The notes below the pieces were generated by a model, which was given only the letters and a program-made list of their open reading frames with translations, did not search any database and was not told where the DNA came from. Positions 19,344 through 31,300 of a DNA stretch of 39,478 bases are shown here, piece by piece. The position numbers and the translations under genes are program-made. The stretch's first letter is position 1; each line of letters opens with the position of its first letter. The stretch comes from Chrysochromulina tobinii (lineage: Eukaryota): positions 1-39,478 of the forward strand of contig JWZX01002564.1 in assembly GCA_001275005.1 (NCBI GenBank). The letters are read 5' to 3'.

Positions 19344-21233
19344 TCAGAGATCGCCTGAAAGTTGGACTGCAAGCTCGATTGCGCGCTGGAGAAACGCACC
19401 CGTTATCTCCTTCCCATAGCACGCGAGCTCTGCATGCCTGATTGCATCAAAGTGGCCCAGTGATGCTGTCTCAGGGAAGATCAACTTGATCTTGGAAACT
19501 GCTTGCGTGAACTGGTCCGACAGCGGAGGGGCACTTGGCGGTGGGGCACTTGGCGGTGGGGCACTTGGCGGTGGGGCACTTGGCGGTGGGGCACTTGGCG
19601 GTGGGGCACTTGGCGGTGGGGCGCTTGGCGGTGGGGCGCTTGGCGGTGGGGCACTTGGCGGTGGGGCACTTGGCGGTGGGGCGCTTGGCGGTGGGGCACT
19701 TGGCGTTGGGGCACTTGAACCACCTGCAGTTTCGGCGGATGCGACGACGGCCGTCGCATTGAGAGCACCGGCAGACACGCCGCCGGGTCCTTGCAGCTTG
19801 GAGCGTTTGGGGTTGTCTTTCAAGCCGATCGCATCATCCGCACCGCCTGCCTCGGGACCACGCTTGGCTTTGCGATCCGCACCACCTGCCTCGGGACAAC
19901 GCTTGGCTTTGCCACTCTGGGAGACGAGCACCGATGGGTTTGCCCTGTGATCTTCTTCGTCATCATCGTCGACCGCAGAACCCGAGCCCACTTGCGTCTT
20001 GCTGTTCGTCGGCTGCTTGCGCAGGAACCCGTGGGGCAGAGCCTCTAGCGGTACAGGTGGCTGTGGAACCGCCGCTCGTGGACGTACGACCGTTGCCCTA
20101 GCTGAGGCAGCGGATACTCCAGCTAGGGCAACGCCTCGCTTTGCACTCAGCAGAAACCTTGCCACATTCGCCTTGGTTTGCTCCAAGCCAGCACCCAAGC
20201 CAGCAATTCGCTCCAACAGGTCGACGGGCAAGCCGCCCGGCGGATGCCGCTCCCGGTTAGGCGCTCCGAAGATCAAGCCATCGGTGCCGTACAGTTGCCC
20301 ATCCGCGTGGGTAGTGACGTCCTCCTCCTTGTCCATGGCGATCGCAATCGGACGGAGGGTGTCACGAAAGAGGGCGTTCACCGCGTCTGAATCGAGCGCC
20401 GTGTTGCAGAACACCTCGATGCCGGCGATCGCGCCAACGTCTTGCGTGATCTCGCCCTTTTGCGTGTTTGGGTGGCCGCCGAGGCTCCGCAGCGGGCACA
20501 TGGCCGCGGCGTTTGCACGCGCCACCATGACGCCATCGACAAATAGCGTCGACGTGCCCTTGGGGCCAGCGGCGGTGCCTCTTCGCGCCGCAACTGTAAA
20601 GTGGTGCCACCCATCTGTGACATCTTTCGGACTGTAGGGGCCCACGTGATCGTCGACCCGCTCGTAGTTGACCACGAAGCCCACGTCAGCCCACGTGTTG
20701 TCATGCACGACGGCAGCCATGCCCACACTCTCCCTTGCCAAGAAGCTTAGCGGATGTTGTTCACATTCCGTGTCCGAGTCGTGCCTGCCATCGCTGAAGA
20801 TGGCAACATGCCATGAGTGCTTTTCGAGTGCTTGCCATGTGTCCTTGAATTGACCCGTGTTAGGCTGCTTCTTGAGTGGCTTGGGCGCAAGAGGAAAGTG
20901 GATCCACATGCCGATTGTGTATTCGCTGCCAAGCTCAAGATTCTCTTGAAGCTTCAGACGGTGACGCTTCTTCGTCACGGTGTCAGTTTTCTCGGCTCTG
21001 AACGCAAAGTACCCCTGGTTCATTTGTGAGCCACGGCAGCCCACGCCTTGTGTCGGGTTGGATGCAGTTCCGTTCGCGAAACACCACTTGGCGTCAGAGC
21101 CGCGAACAGTGAGAATGGGCGAGGCCTTCATGTTTTTCAGAGTTTTTGGGTTGTATGTGAGTTCCGTGTTCTCTCTTTGAGTTTTTCCAATTTGTCGCCA
21201 ATTGTGTCGTGGGCTTTCCGGACTAATTTTCAT
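19344..21233 (-). CDS. Concanavalin/LamG-like jelly-roll domain protein with PPPSA repeat linker
   Basis: ORF 19344..21584; ATG 21233 is preferred because it avoids overlap with the next gene. LamG-like pattern EYTIGMWIHF...DGWHHFTVA...STLFVDG...SLGG...GAIAGIEVFCNTALDSDAVNALF. Confidence 0.7.
   Translation of the reverse strand: MKISPESPRHNWRQIGKTQRENTELTYNPKTLKNMKASPILTVRGSDAKWCFANGTASNPTQGVGCRGSQMNQGYFAFRAEKTDTVTKKRHRLKLQENLELGSEYTIGMWIHFPLAPKPLKKQPNTGQFKDTWQALEKHSWHVAIFSDGRHDSDTECEQHPLSFLARESVGMAAVVHDNTWADVGFVVNYERVDDHVGPYSPKDVTDGWHHFTVAARRGTAAGPKGTSTLFVDGVMVARANAAAMCPLRSLGGHPNTQKGEITQDVGAIAGIEVFCNTALDSDAVNALFRDTLRPIAIAMDKEEDVTTHADGQLYGTDGLIFGAPNRERHPPGGLPVDLLERIAGLGAGLEQTKANVARFLLSAKRGVALAGVSAASARATVVRPRAAVPQPPVPLEALPHGFLRKQPTNSKTQVGSGSAVDDDDEEDHRANPSVLVSQSGKAKRCPEAGGADRKAKRGPEAGGADDAIGLKDNPKRSKLQGPGGVSAGALNATAVVASAETAGGSSAPTPSAPPPSAPPPSAPPPSAPPPSAPPPSAPPPSAPPPSAPPPSAPPPSAPPPSAPPPSAPPLSDQFTQAVSKIKLIFPETASLGHFDAIRHAELACYGKEITGAFLQRAIELAVQLSGDL
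19528..19716. repeat. 15-bp tandem repeat x~12.6 encoding PPPSA
   Basis: GGGGC(A/G)CTTGGCGGT array. Confidence 0.95.
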
Positions 21234-21407
21234 GTCCAGGAACAATCTCAACTTGAACTTGAATTTGAACACAATACATGTACATACACGAATCCTAAAC
21301 ATTCTCTGAACCATGTAAACAACTTGTGAGTTTCGTTCGGTCACCGTTTCGCCCCTCGCGCTCATAGCAGCACTCGGCACCTCGCAAGCGCCCAGCGGTC
21401 GGACGGC

Positions 21408-23967
21408 ATGGCTCGCGATGGTGGCTCCGGAGGCAAGGAGGTATCGAGTGCTGCAGCTTTCCGCGATGCGTTGGTGACGAGCAGCAATGGCATGAAGGAA
21501 GCGGTGCAGAAACTCGTGCAGGGTGTGACGGAGACGCTCGGCCTCGATGCAGACATGAGTCAGAAGAAGATGCAGACACTGCATCCCGTGTTCGACTCAT
21601 TGCAGCGCACGTCTCTCGAGCTCTTGGAGAGCCTTTCGGGAGCCGACACGCAGACCCACCGCGAGGGCTTAAAGGCGCAGGAGAACATCTTCAAGATGAA
21701 GCTTGCCTCTTCACGTACGGCGGCGTCAGTGTCCATGAAAAATGCGGCAGCAGAGCTGGAGGCCAGCTTCAACACGCAAATGCAGGCGAAACTGTCTGCT
21801 CTCTCGTCAGGCAGTGCCGGTGAAGCCCGTGCGCTGCAGGAGCAGGTCGCCGAGCTACAGGAGGAGCTCCAGAGCGCGAAGAATGGGAACAGCAAGTTAG
21901 AAGAGATGCTGAAGCAGCTGAGAGGCGTGCTTCGAAGCAAGGAGACCGAGGCCGAGGAGAAGGCTAAGGAGGTCGACGAGCTCAAGGTTTGGGTAGAAAA
22001 CTCCAAGGGCGAGACTGCGCGCGCAACGCGCATCATCAGCGAGGCAAACGGCAGATTGCGCGCATCGCTCAGGGAAGCGGCGGCCGAGGCTGAGCGCGCC
22101 GCAATGCAGAGCCCCCAAGAGTGCAAGGTTCTCACACATGCCCTGGCCGAGCGTCTCCGCGCCGAGCTGGATGACGCCGCCACCAAGGGACCAGGCGGTT
22201 CCGAGACGCACGATCAGCAGCTCGCCCGGCTGCTCGAGCGACTCGAAGAAATGGCTAGGCAGCTAGCGGACACGAAGGCGGAGGCCGAAAGAGAAAAGAT
22301 TTCATCGAGGCAGAAGATCGAGAACACTACGAAGCTGCTTGAAGACACTCGCAAACAGCTGGCCGACGCACAAACCCAAGTCCTCTTGCTGCCGCAAACG
22401 CCCGGAGACGACAGAGACGACGTTGCCATCGTTAGGCAACAGCTGCGGAACTCGCAAGGTGAGTTGGAGCGCCTCAAGGTAGATCTTACCAAGGCGATGA
22501 AGGTGACGGAGGACAAGAAGAAGGAGGCGGCGCAAGCCGAGGTGCGAGCCGATGCGATTTACCGCGACATGCTTGAGACTCTGTCACGTGCCATCTCCGA
22601 GGCGCAGCGCGCGACGATGCTCGGCGCCAAGGAGTGTAAGGAGCAGGTGCGCGCAATGGTTGAACGGCTCAAGGCGGAGCTCGAAGCAGCAAGGAAGGGC
22701 GCGACAGAGAGCGCCAGCGATCAGCTCAATCGACTTCTAGACGAGCTGGGCGGATTAAGCAACACCATCACGGAAATGCAGCTTAGGCTTGCCGATGCGC
22801 AGTCCGGCTCCAAGGACTCCGCCGCTACCACTGCACGGGTAAAGCAACTCGAATCGGATGAGCGCAAGACGCGCGAGTTGATCGCCCAGGCTGTGGCGGA
22901 AGCGCAGCTCAAATCAGCGCAACATGCGCCGCCAAGCGAGCAGCTCAGGCAGCTAGTGGTTTACTATCGCGCGCAGCAGCTCGAAGCTTACCAGCTCCGG
23001 ATGGTCCTCGACAAGGCGCTGAGGGACGTGGCGTTGGCCGTGAGCGAGACCGCGAGCCTCGGCGACAAGCTGAAGCAGGTTCTCGAACAGCATAAGATCA
23101 AGTCAGTGCAGGCCGAAGCACACAAGGCTGCCGTGGAACATGCTCGCGCAGAGCTGAACGCAAAGGTGAGCGAGGCCGTGAGTCTGCGTGAGCATGTCAA
23201 GCAGCTGTCCGACCAGAGCCGAGGGACGTACGAGAGGGAGCAGCTCCTCCGTGCGACCATCAAGCAGCAGCAAGCCTCCCTACATGGAGCTTACGAGCGC
23301 ATCAAAGCTGTGGAAATGGAGCTCAATCGCGCACGCGGCGCGGCAATGGAGGAGCGGGATTCGCTCGTGCATACGGCACTGCACGCTCTCTATCAGCTGC
23401 GCACGCACTTGGGATCGATCCACGCCTTGAGACCTGAGGTCACTCAACCGATTGACGAGGTGCGCCTTCCGCCAGCCCTGAGCACCCTTGCGCAAGCACC
23501 CTTGCGCAGTCTTGCAGCAGGGCGTGTCGGATCCTGTTTTCAATTCGTGTGCTTCCCTGGTATCCCCGCAGGCGCTCTTGGTCAAGCGAGCCTTGGTCAC
23601 GTCGCAGTCGATGTCATCCCTTGAACGGGTGCAGTACGGCAACACAGAAAGTCTTCCAACTGTGCAAATGCAGAATAGTTCACAGAAGATTGATGCTCGT
23701 CTCCAAGACTTCATGGCAAAGGTGGGCGACTCCGCCTTCGTCGCAGGTGCCGCTTACTTCCCTCCGATGTCGCCACCCAGAACATCGCCGCCGCTGTCGA
23801 CGCCACCGCTGCAGTCCGCGCAAAACACCAGTTCACCACGCATGTACAAATCGATCGCGCAAGTTGGCGTACCTGAGATCCCACTCAGCCGTGGCATGCT
23901 TCGTGTGCCCCATCCACCAGCGCACCGCCCGTTGGTAGGCCTCGGTCTGACCAGAAGCGCTTTCTGA
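21408..23967 (+). CDS. Long coiled-coil protein; two exons (21408-23459, 23572-23967)
   Basis: Heptad-rich ORF. A phase-0 112-nt intron (GAG|GTGCGC...CCCCGCAG|GCG) joins it in frame to ORF 23488..23967, which supplies a Pro/Ser-rich tail. Confidence 0.75.
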
Positions 23968-24399
23968 GAGCACGCGGGCGATCGGGCGCCCCCACAAGCA
24001 GGGGAAAACAATTGTCAAATCCAATGAATCAATGCGGCGTCGCAATATCAGTTACAGTCGTATCAGGTATCACATGATCAGATCGGATGGGATAGCGCCG
24101 GCGCTTGATTGCAAGAGTACGGTTGATGTCCGTTTATAAATACATATTAAAAAGTGCGTGCGAGGTGCCGGCGGGACCCACCTGCGGTCGTCCGCCTGCG
24201 GCGGCGCGTCCGCGATGTATGGCGATGTCTCGATGTTCGGTTGGCTCGTCCCCCGGTTGCGGTTCGACCGCGACGACCCGGCTCCCGGGCCCGCCGCCCG
24301 ACCGACCTAGGACCTTACACCTAAACCCGCGCCTAATCGCTAATGCCTTCGCCGGGACCGCACACGCGTAAGCCACACGCGTAACCGATCACCGCTAAA

Positions 24400-25371
24400 A
24401 TGCGAACGCACGAAAGGCAAGCACACGAAAGGCAAGCACACACACACGAGCGCACGTGTGCCACCTTTCCAATGCCCTCCAACAAAACCATTCCAATGCC
24501 CTCCGACGCGGCGGGGTGGGCTGTCGCTGAGATGAAGCGCCTGCTCACCTCACGTCGCATGAGCAAGTGGGACGCCGTGCAGGCCGCTTGCCGCCGTGCG
24601 TCTGCCATGAAGACGGCTGCCGGCGCTCTCGCCTCCCTTGCATCCTCCTCGGATGGCATGCCCGCAAGCCTTGTCAAGTACGTCGTCGAGTTGACCGCCA
24701 CCGATATGCCAATCGACAGCGGCGTCATCTCCCGCTGCCGCACGTGGCTTGCGACGAACAAACATGAGATTTCGAAGTGCAAGACGCCGCTCGCAATGAT
24801 TGCAAGCGCCGCGCCAATCGTGGACGCATCGATCAACAACAAGGCAAAGGCCCTTGATCCGACGCTCACAGAAGCATGCCACGCCGCTCTGAAGCTGCCA
24901 AATCCGACACACACAGAAGCATGCCACGCCGCTCTGAAACTGATGGCAGCTGAGAAGGCGGCAGAGAAGGCGGCAAAGAAGGCGGCGGCGGTTGTCGCTG
25001 CGGAGGCGGCTGCGGAGGCGAAACTGGAGGCACGTGCCAAGCGGGAGGAGAAGGGACGGCTGAAGGCAGAGGCAGAGGCAGATGCTTGGGCAGAGAATTG
25101 GGCAGATGCTTGGGAATGGTTCCCTTTGGTTATGAGACGACGGGGGAGGGGGGAGAGGGCGGCCATGGCTCGGGGACGTGTCCGTGAGAGCCGGAGGAGG
25201 GCTCGTGCGGCTGCGCGGCGCGGCAATGAGCTCAAGCCGCGCAGCCGCACAAGCCGCAGCTGCGCAGCTCGCACCTCGGTCCGCAATTGCGCGAGGGCTG
25301 AGGAATGCCATGCACGGGATGTCCGCCGCCGGCACTCACGCCTGGCAAAGATTGGTGACTGCCTTTATTAG
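24400..25371 (+). CDS. Hypothetical Ala/Lys-rich protein with internal duplications (weakly supported)
   Basis: 323-aa ORF with a duplicated PT(L/H)TEACHAALKL block and an AEKAA helical stretch. The Arg-rich end looks out of frame or non-coding. Confidence 0.4.
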   Translation: MRTHERQAHERQAHTHERTCATFPMPSNKTIPMPSDAAGWAVAEMKRLLTSRRMSKWDAVQAACRRASAMKTAAGALASLASSSDGMPASLVKYVVELTATDMPIDSGVISRCRTWLATNKHEISKCKTPLAMIASAAPIVDASINNKAKALDPTLTEACHAALKLPNPTHTEACHAALKLMAAEKAAEKAAKKAAAVVAAEAAAEAKLEARAKREEKGRLKAEAEADAWAENWADAWEWFPLVMRRRGRGERAAMARGRVRESRRRARAAARRGNELKPRSRTSRSCAARTSVRNCARAEECHARDVRRRHSRLAKIGDCLY

Positions 25372-25656
25372 GGTTTAGGCACTCTCAGAGGTCAGAGCTG
25401 GGGGCCTGGGGCTGTCATATCGTACGACGCGGTTCGTATCCGGTAAATTTGTAATACGCAATCACTTTGATCACGTCGCCAGCTCGCCCAGGAGCTCGCC
25501 ACAGATCAGGCGCTCGGCTAACCGGGCTCCTGCACACGTGTTCTGCAAGGCACGCACGGCACCGGGAAACACGCGACGGGCGGCGCAGACGGTAAGATGA
25601 CGCATGACGGGCACAAAAGCAATCGGCCGTCGCTACCCTGTACGGTGGCCCTAGCG

Positions 25657-25831
25657 TTACGACTCGAACTGGCCAGGCGACGCAACTTCCTCCTCACTTC
25701 GTGCCACCTCCTCTCCCTGACTGGCGCAGCTAGGTCCAGAATGTGGCGGACCACCGATCACACGCGCTTCACACCCTGCTGGCGCGTCCACCTGGGTCTG
25801 CGCGATGTTGTTGTTGTGGTGGTGGTGGTGG

Positions 25832-25878
<47 letters not shown>

Positions 25879-27996
25879 CTCCTGTTGCTGCAATGAGACC
25901 TCAATCAAGGCCCGCTCCCGCTGCTGCTGCGGAGTCCGAGACTCGCCGAAGCGGTCGTTGCTCATCGTACTGAGCTGTAGCTCCTGCTTGTGCGCTCCGT
26001 ACTTGCTCATTGTCGCCTTGAGCATCGCCTCAGCCCTCTCCGCCTCCTTGATCGCCTGCTCCGCGGCAAACTCCTCTGCGTCCAGCTTCAGCTGGCGCAG
26101 CGCAAGCTCCCGTTGCTCGCTGAGGGACAGTACATGGTCGCGGAACGCCGTGCGAGTCGCCTGTAGCTGACGCTTCTCGGCCTTCGACTGCCTCTGAATC
26201 TCGTCGTTCGACTCGTGCAGCTGGCGCACCGTTTCCTTGAAAGCCTCCAGGCGCGCCTTCCTGTCGTCCTCTGCCTTCTTTTGTCGCCTCACCAGGTCCT
26301 CGTCGTACCGGCGCGCCTTGTACCGAAGGTGGTCCCTCCATTCCTTCTCGTAGCGAGCCCGCTCCCTCTGGTTGGTCTCTTCGATGCGCTGCCGCTCCTC
26401 CTCGGCGAGGGACTTCTTCATCGCCGCCTCGGCTGCCTCCCGGCGCAGCTTCTCGCGCACCTCAGCCGCCTGCCACGTCTTGTGTCGCTTGGTTGCCTCG
26501 AGATCACGCTGGTGCTCCTCTTCCCGCCGCCGGAACTCGATCTCGCGCTTGACCCGCATCTCGGCATCGTAGCGCGCCGTGGCCTCCTCCTCCCTGTTCC
26601 GTGCCTCCTGCTCAAATTTGGCCGCCAGCTGGCGCGTCTCCTTGAGGCACTTCTTCACCAACTTCTCGCTGCGCTCGACGTGCACAAACATCTTCTCTGC
26701 ATCCCTCTTATCTGCTTCCATTCTAATCTTGGAGCGCTTTGCGGCCTCATTCCGAGCCGCAGCCGCCTGCTCTTCGAGCAGTTTTTCGCCCTCCGCTGCC
26801 TTGGCCTTGGCTTCTGCTGCGGCCTCGGCCGCCTTCCTCTCCATGTCCTTGCGCACTTCTTCCTTGACGCGCGCCTCCACCTTCATTCTGGCATGCTGCT
26901 CCTTCATCTCCTGCTCCCGCCGCTCCCTCTCCGCCTTCTGCTGCAGCCGTTTGCGCTCATATTCCTCGCGCTTCTTGGATAGTGCCTCCTCTCGTGCCTC
27001 CTTAGCTCGTCGTTCCTTTTCCTGCTCCACTGCGATTGATTCGGCGCGCTCCTGCGCCCGCAGCGCCTCAATGGCCAAACGCTCTTCGCGCAGCGCTCGC
27101 TCCCGTTCGTCGCGTTCCTTCTTCTTCTTCTCCTGGTATCGCCGCGCGTAATTGAGTCGACGGGCACGCTCGGCCGTAATTTCCAGCTCCTCTGCCTCTC
27201 GCAATTCAGCTTCGTGGCGCAGCAGCTCCACTGTCTGCTCGCGCAAGCGTACTGCCTCGGCGTTCTCGGCCATACGAGATTCCGCCTTCTTCCGAGACGT
27301 ATCCTTCTCAACTTGCAGCCAAACTTGACGTGCTTGCTTCTGCGCCTCCTCCTCCTTCGCAATCTTCTTCAGCTGCTGCGCATTATATTCCGCCTCCTGG
27401 CGCTGCCTCCCGATCTCCATCCACTTCTCATGCACAGAACCTAGATTTTGGGCCGCTGCCTTGACTGCCGATGCGGCCTGCTCCAGTGATTGGCTCCACT
27501 CCATTTGAATTTGTGCAAAGACGGATTTCTTCTTAGCGACGATAGCGGCTCCCTGGGCCGACCGCTGCGAGACCTGCGACTCCGGCAGCTCATTCTCCGA
27601 GCCAACCGCGCTTGCTCCACCAGCCGTTTTCTCGACAACTGCCTCCACATCGACGACCTCGAGCGGCTTCAAATGCGCAACGTTCGATGCGGCACTCACG
27701 TTTGAAAACCGGCGTAAGGAGCCCTCCGCAGCTGGCAAGGCCATCACCGTCGGCGTCAGCACTGACGATATCATCGCCATGGCAGTATCCCGCTTCAAGA
27801 CTGCATCCTGGTTCATGGCTGCCTCCCGTTCCAGCAGTGATTTTTGGTATCGCTCGCGCCTGATTCGCTCGTCCAGCTCGGCTTTCTTGTGCAGCGCTTC
27901 GCGCTGCGCTCTCTCTGCACGCTTACGGCGGGCTTGCACCGAAAGTGTCTTGGCCTCGAGCTCCAGTTGGCCGCGCGACGTCGTACTCGACTCCAT
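25657..27996 (-). CDS. Glu/Arg/Lys-rich charged helical (trichohyalin-like) protein with polyQ/polyH tail
   Basis: ~780-aa ORF from ATG 27996 (MESSTTSR) with continuous ER/K-rich helix composition. Confidence 0.75.
25806..25890. repeat. Compound trinucleotide microsatellite (CAG/CAC/AAC on the minus strand)
   Basis: Runs of TGT, TGG and TGC triplets encoding polyQ-polyH-NNN. Confidence 0.9.
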
Positions 27997-28355
27997 TTTG
28001 CACAAAGCGCCGTCCGCACGGCCGCGTTTTTGGACGCCGACCGTCCGTCACACATGATTGCGTCGTCATTGGTTTCAGACGCGTACGGGGCTTACCGGTT
28101 CGTGTGTCCCATGAACGTTACCACGACGCACGCGACAACCGGTGCCGTGTTTCCCGTGTGTCGCGGCTCCCCCCGGTGTTTTTGAATCGGTTTCAGAAGG
28201 CTACGGGGGGTCGAAATGGTTTGAACGGAACGTTTGATGTTTGACAAGCGCTACACACACTGACGACACTGACGACTCGAAAGAGGCTTCTTCGAATACG
28301 GCGCCGTACAATTGTATGGTATCGAAGAAGGCGTTGTGTTGATCAGCATTAGGGA

Positions 28356-31300
28356 ATGCTCCGACCCTTCTCTGTTCCTCAGTCTGACACTGCCGGGTGG
28401 CTAACCTTCGAGGAGTTCGACGAATTTTCCATCGGATGCAGCCTGCTTCCAGACCGTCCCGCCGCCGAGCAGTTTGCAGACTTCGAGCGCCAGCGGCTTG
28501 CGGCTGGAGTCACTGCATCGGATGCCACTGCGTCGTTGTCGTCTCCGACGCCGCAGCCATTTCCAATGCCAGCGCAGCTGTCACCGCCAGGGCGACTGCC
28601 AGCGGTGCCGTCACCATCGCCATATCATGGACTGCCTGTATTAACAACCACGATAGTGCCAATGGCTACGGCAGAAGAGTTGAATGCACAGCGGCCTGAC
28701 CTTGTTCACGTGTGGGCGCAGCTGTTGCCGTTCGCTACCGACACTGCGCCCGTTGCGGGCCCGCACTCGGTGGCGGCGTTCTCGGCGGTGACGGCAGCAG
28801 CAACCGGTCGACCTTATGCAGAGGAGGCACCGCCTCGTGCGAGAGCACCGGCACGCTCTCCACCTGCACGTGCGCAAGTGGCAGCAGCAGCCGCAGCGCG
28901 AGCGTCAGCTGCTCCTGCCACCGCACCCGCAGACCAGGCAGCGGCCGCAGGGCCACGTCCTCGCCAACGGACAGCGCGGGCAAGCACGGGCAAGCACAAG
29001 AAGCCGCAGGGCCGGGCCCCAAAGGGCAAGCGCTGGAATGCGGATCTCGGCGCGTGGATTCCAGAGGGGCTCTCACCAGCGCCGACCACCGCGGAGGACG
29101 TGCGAAGCACCAAGGGCGCTGCGAAGGGCGCTGCCAAGGGCTCTGCCACTGACGGCCACGGCAAGGAGGACGAGGACGAGGACGATTACGGCGTCGAGTC
29201 CGATAGCGAGGACGAGGGCGGCGGCGGCGTCGAGGCAGCGACTGGTGCTCGCCACAGCGCTCCGTCGCTGGAGCCTGCGAGCGCAGTGCAGATGGACGAG
29301 GAGGACGAGGAGGACGAGGAGGAGTCCATTTTAGGCAACGATCCGTCCATATTAGGCAGGGAGCAGGCGGCAGCGGGGGGCGTGGAGGACGGCACTGGAG
29401 GCGCCCGGCACGACGCCCGGCACGACGCCCGGCACGACGCCCGGCACGACGGCGAGCTCGTGTCCCAAGGGCGCCCACGTCCGCAGGTGGTGCTCGAGGA
29501 CGATGACGAGGATGACGCGCCTTATGACGCAGCCGAGAGCGTGCCACCTGCGTGGGATCAGTGGGAGGACTGGGAGGACCCAACGGCGGAGGACGAGGCA
29601 CCGCCCGCCTGCGCGCCCACCGCCCTCGCGCCAGCTGCCCGTGCGCCGAGCGCCGTGGTGGCGCTGAGCGCCGTGGTGGCGCCGAGCGCCGTGGTGGCGC
29701 CGAGCGCCGTGGTGGCGCCACCGTCGCTCGCTGCTCCCCCAAGCGCGCCGTATCGAGCGCCGCGGCCACCGTCGCCGTCGCGCCCAGTGCCGTTACAAGT
29801 GGACCAACGTGGACTGCTGCCGTCGCCCAATGCTGCCCGGACGACCCCGGCGCCCGAGGCGGCGCGGACCGCCCACCTGTCCGGAGGCTTGTCGTGGATT
29901 GAGTCCCTGCACGATGGGAGCGGTATGAAATCTCTCGGAGGCACGGCGGCTGCACCCGCCGCCGCCGCTCCACGCCACGTGGCTGCACCCGCCGGCGCCG
30001 CTCCACGCCACGTGGCTGCACCGCATAGCCTCGGGGCATCTGCCAACGGCTTCTTTGGTGTCACGTCCCAAGGGGCCTCTGCGCCAGCCGCCGTGCTGCC
30101 CTCCGCGCCCGCAGCCGCTCCGCCCGTTGTGCTGCCCGCGAGCAGTGAGCCGCCCCCTCCTTCCCGTTACTCGTCGCTGAGCGCCCGCGAGCACGCGACG
30201 TGGGTGCAGCTCGAGAAGCAACGGGAAGGCAAGCCTGGGTCGAGCGGCTCGGGGCTCTCTGCACTCGAGGAGGCCACGTGGGCGGCCCTCGCCAAGCGCG
30301 TGCACAAGGAGCAAGCCGAGTACGCGGCGTGGTGGTGGGCACATGCGAACGCGGAGCGTCCTACGCGCTATGGCCGCATCGATCACGAGGTTGAGATCGA
30401 GGTCGATCATTGGCTGCGTGCCAGGTCCGAGCGCGCCATCTCCACCTCGACATGCATGCAAGCGCTCACCACGGCGCCCTCCCCCCCCTCTTCACAGGTC
30501 CGAGCGCGCCGTCGCGCAGTATCCCCCGGAGTACACCAAAGCCATCGCCATCGCCATCCCGGTGCGCCATGATGGGCACGGAGCTTCCATAGCTGGGGAG
30601 GTCGCCACCGCCGAGGCCGACGCGCCCCTCACGCTGAGCGCCGTGCACGAGCGCCCCTCGCCCCCGCCGCCGACCGTGCGAGAGCAGCCCACGATCCAGT
30701 GGGAACCGCCCACCATGGATAGAGTGGCCTTCCCCTGGCCGCCCACGACAGCGCTGCCCACGACAGCGCTGCCCACCATGGACAGAGTGGCCTTCCCCTG
30801 GCCGCCCACGACAGCGCTGCCCACGACAGCGCTGCCCACGACAGCGCTGCCCACCATGGATAGAGTGGCCTTCCCCTGGCCGCCCACGACAGCGCTGCCC
30901 ACGGGCGCATGGGTTCAGCGGCTCGCGGCTCGGCGCAGCGCTTCGGCTGCCACTTCGAGCAGCGCTCGTGATGGCGCTCGCTCGAGCGTGTCGCGCGACC
31001 CGACGATGGCAGCGCTCGCGCGGCAGTGGCGCGCTCACGTGGGCATGGCCTCCTCGGCCTTCGTCGCGTTGCTCGCTCGATTCGAATCTGGAGGAACCTC
31101 GCTTGATCTGCCGGTGCTCATCAAGAAGGATCCCTTTGGCAACGGCTCCACCATCTTTCTCGATAAGCCACTCACGCCGCCCAGGCTCTTGGCGCGTCAC
31201 AAGAATGTCAAGTTCTTCAGCGCGGCGCTCCGCTCGGCTTTCGCTGATCAAGCCGCCGCAGCCGGTGCTGCTCACGACGGCGCGGGAGCCTCGACCACCG

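Noticed and set aside
21234..21584. N-terminal extension of the 746-aa minus-strand ORF
   Set aside because: It overlaps the start of the divergent coiled-coil gene and crosses AT-rich promoter-like sequence.
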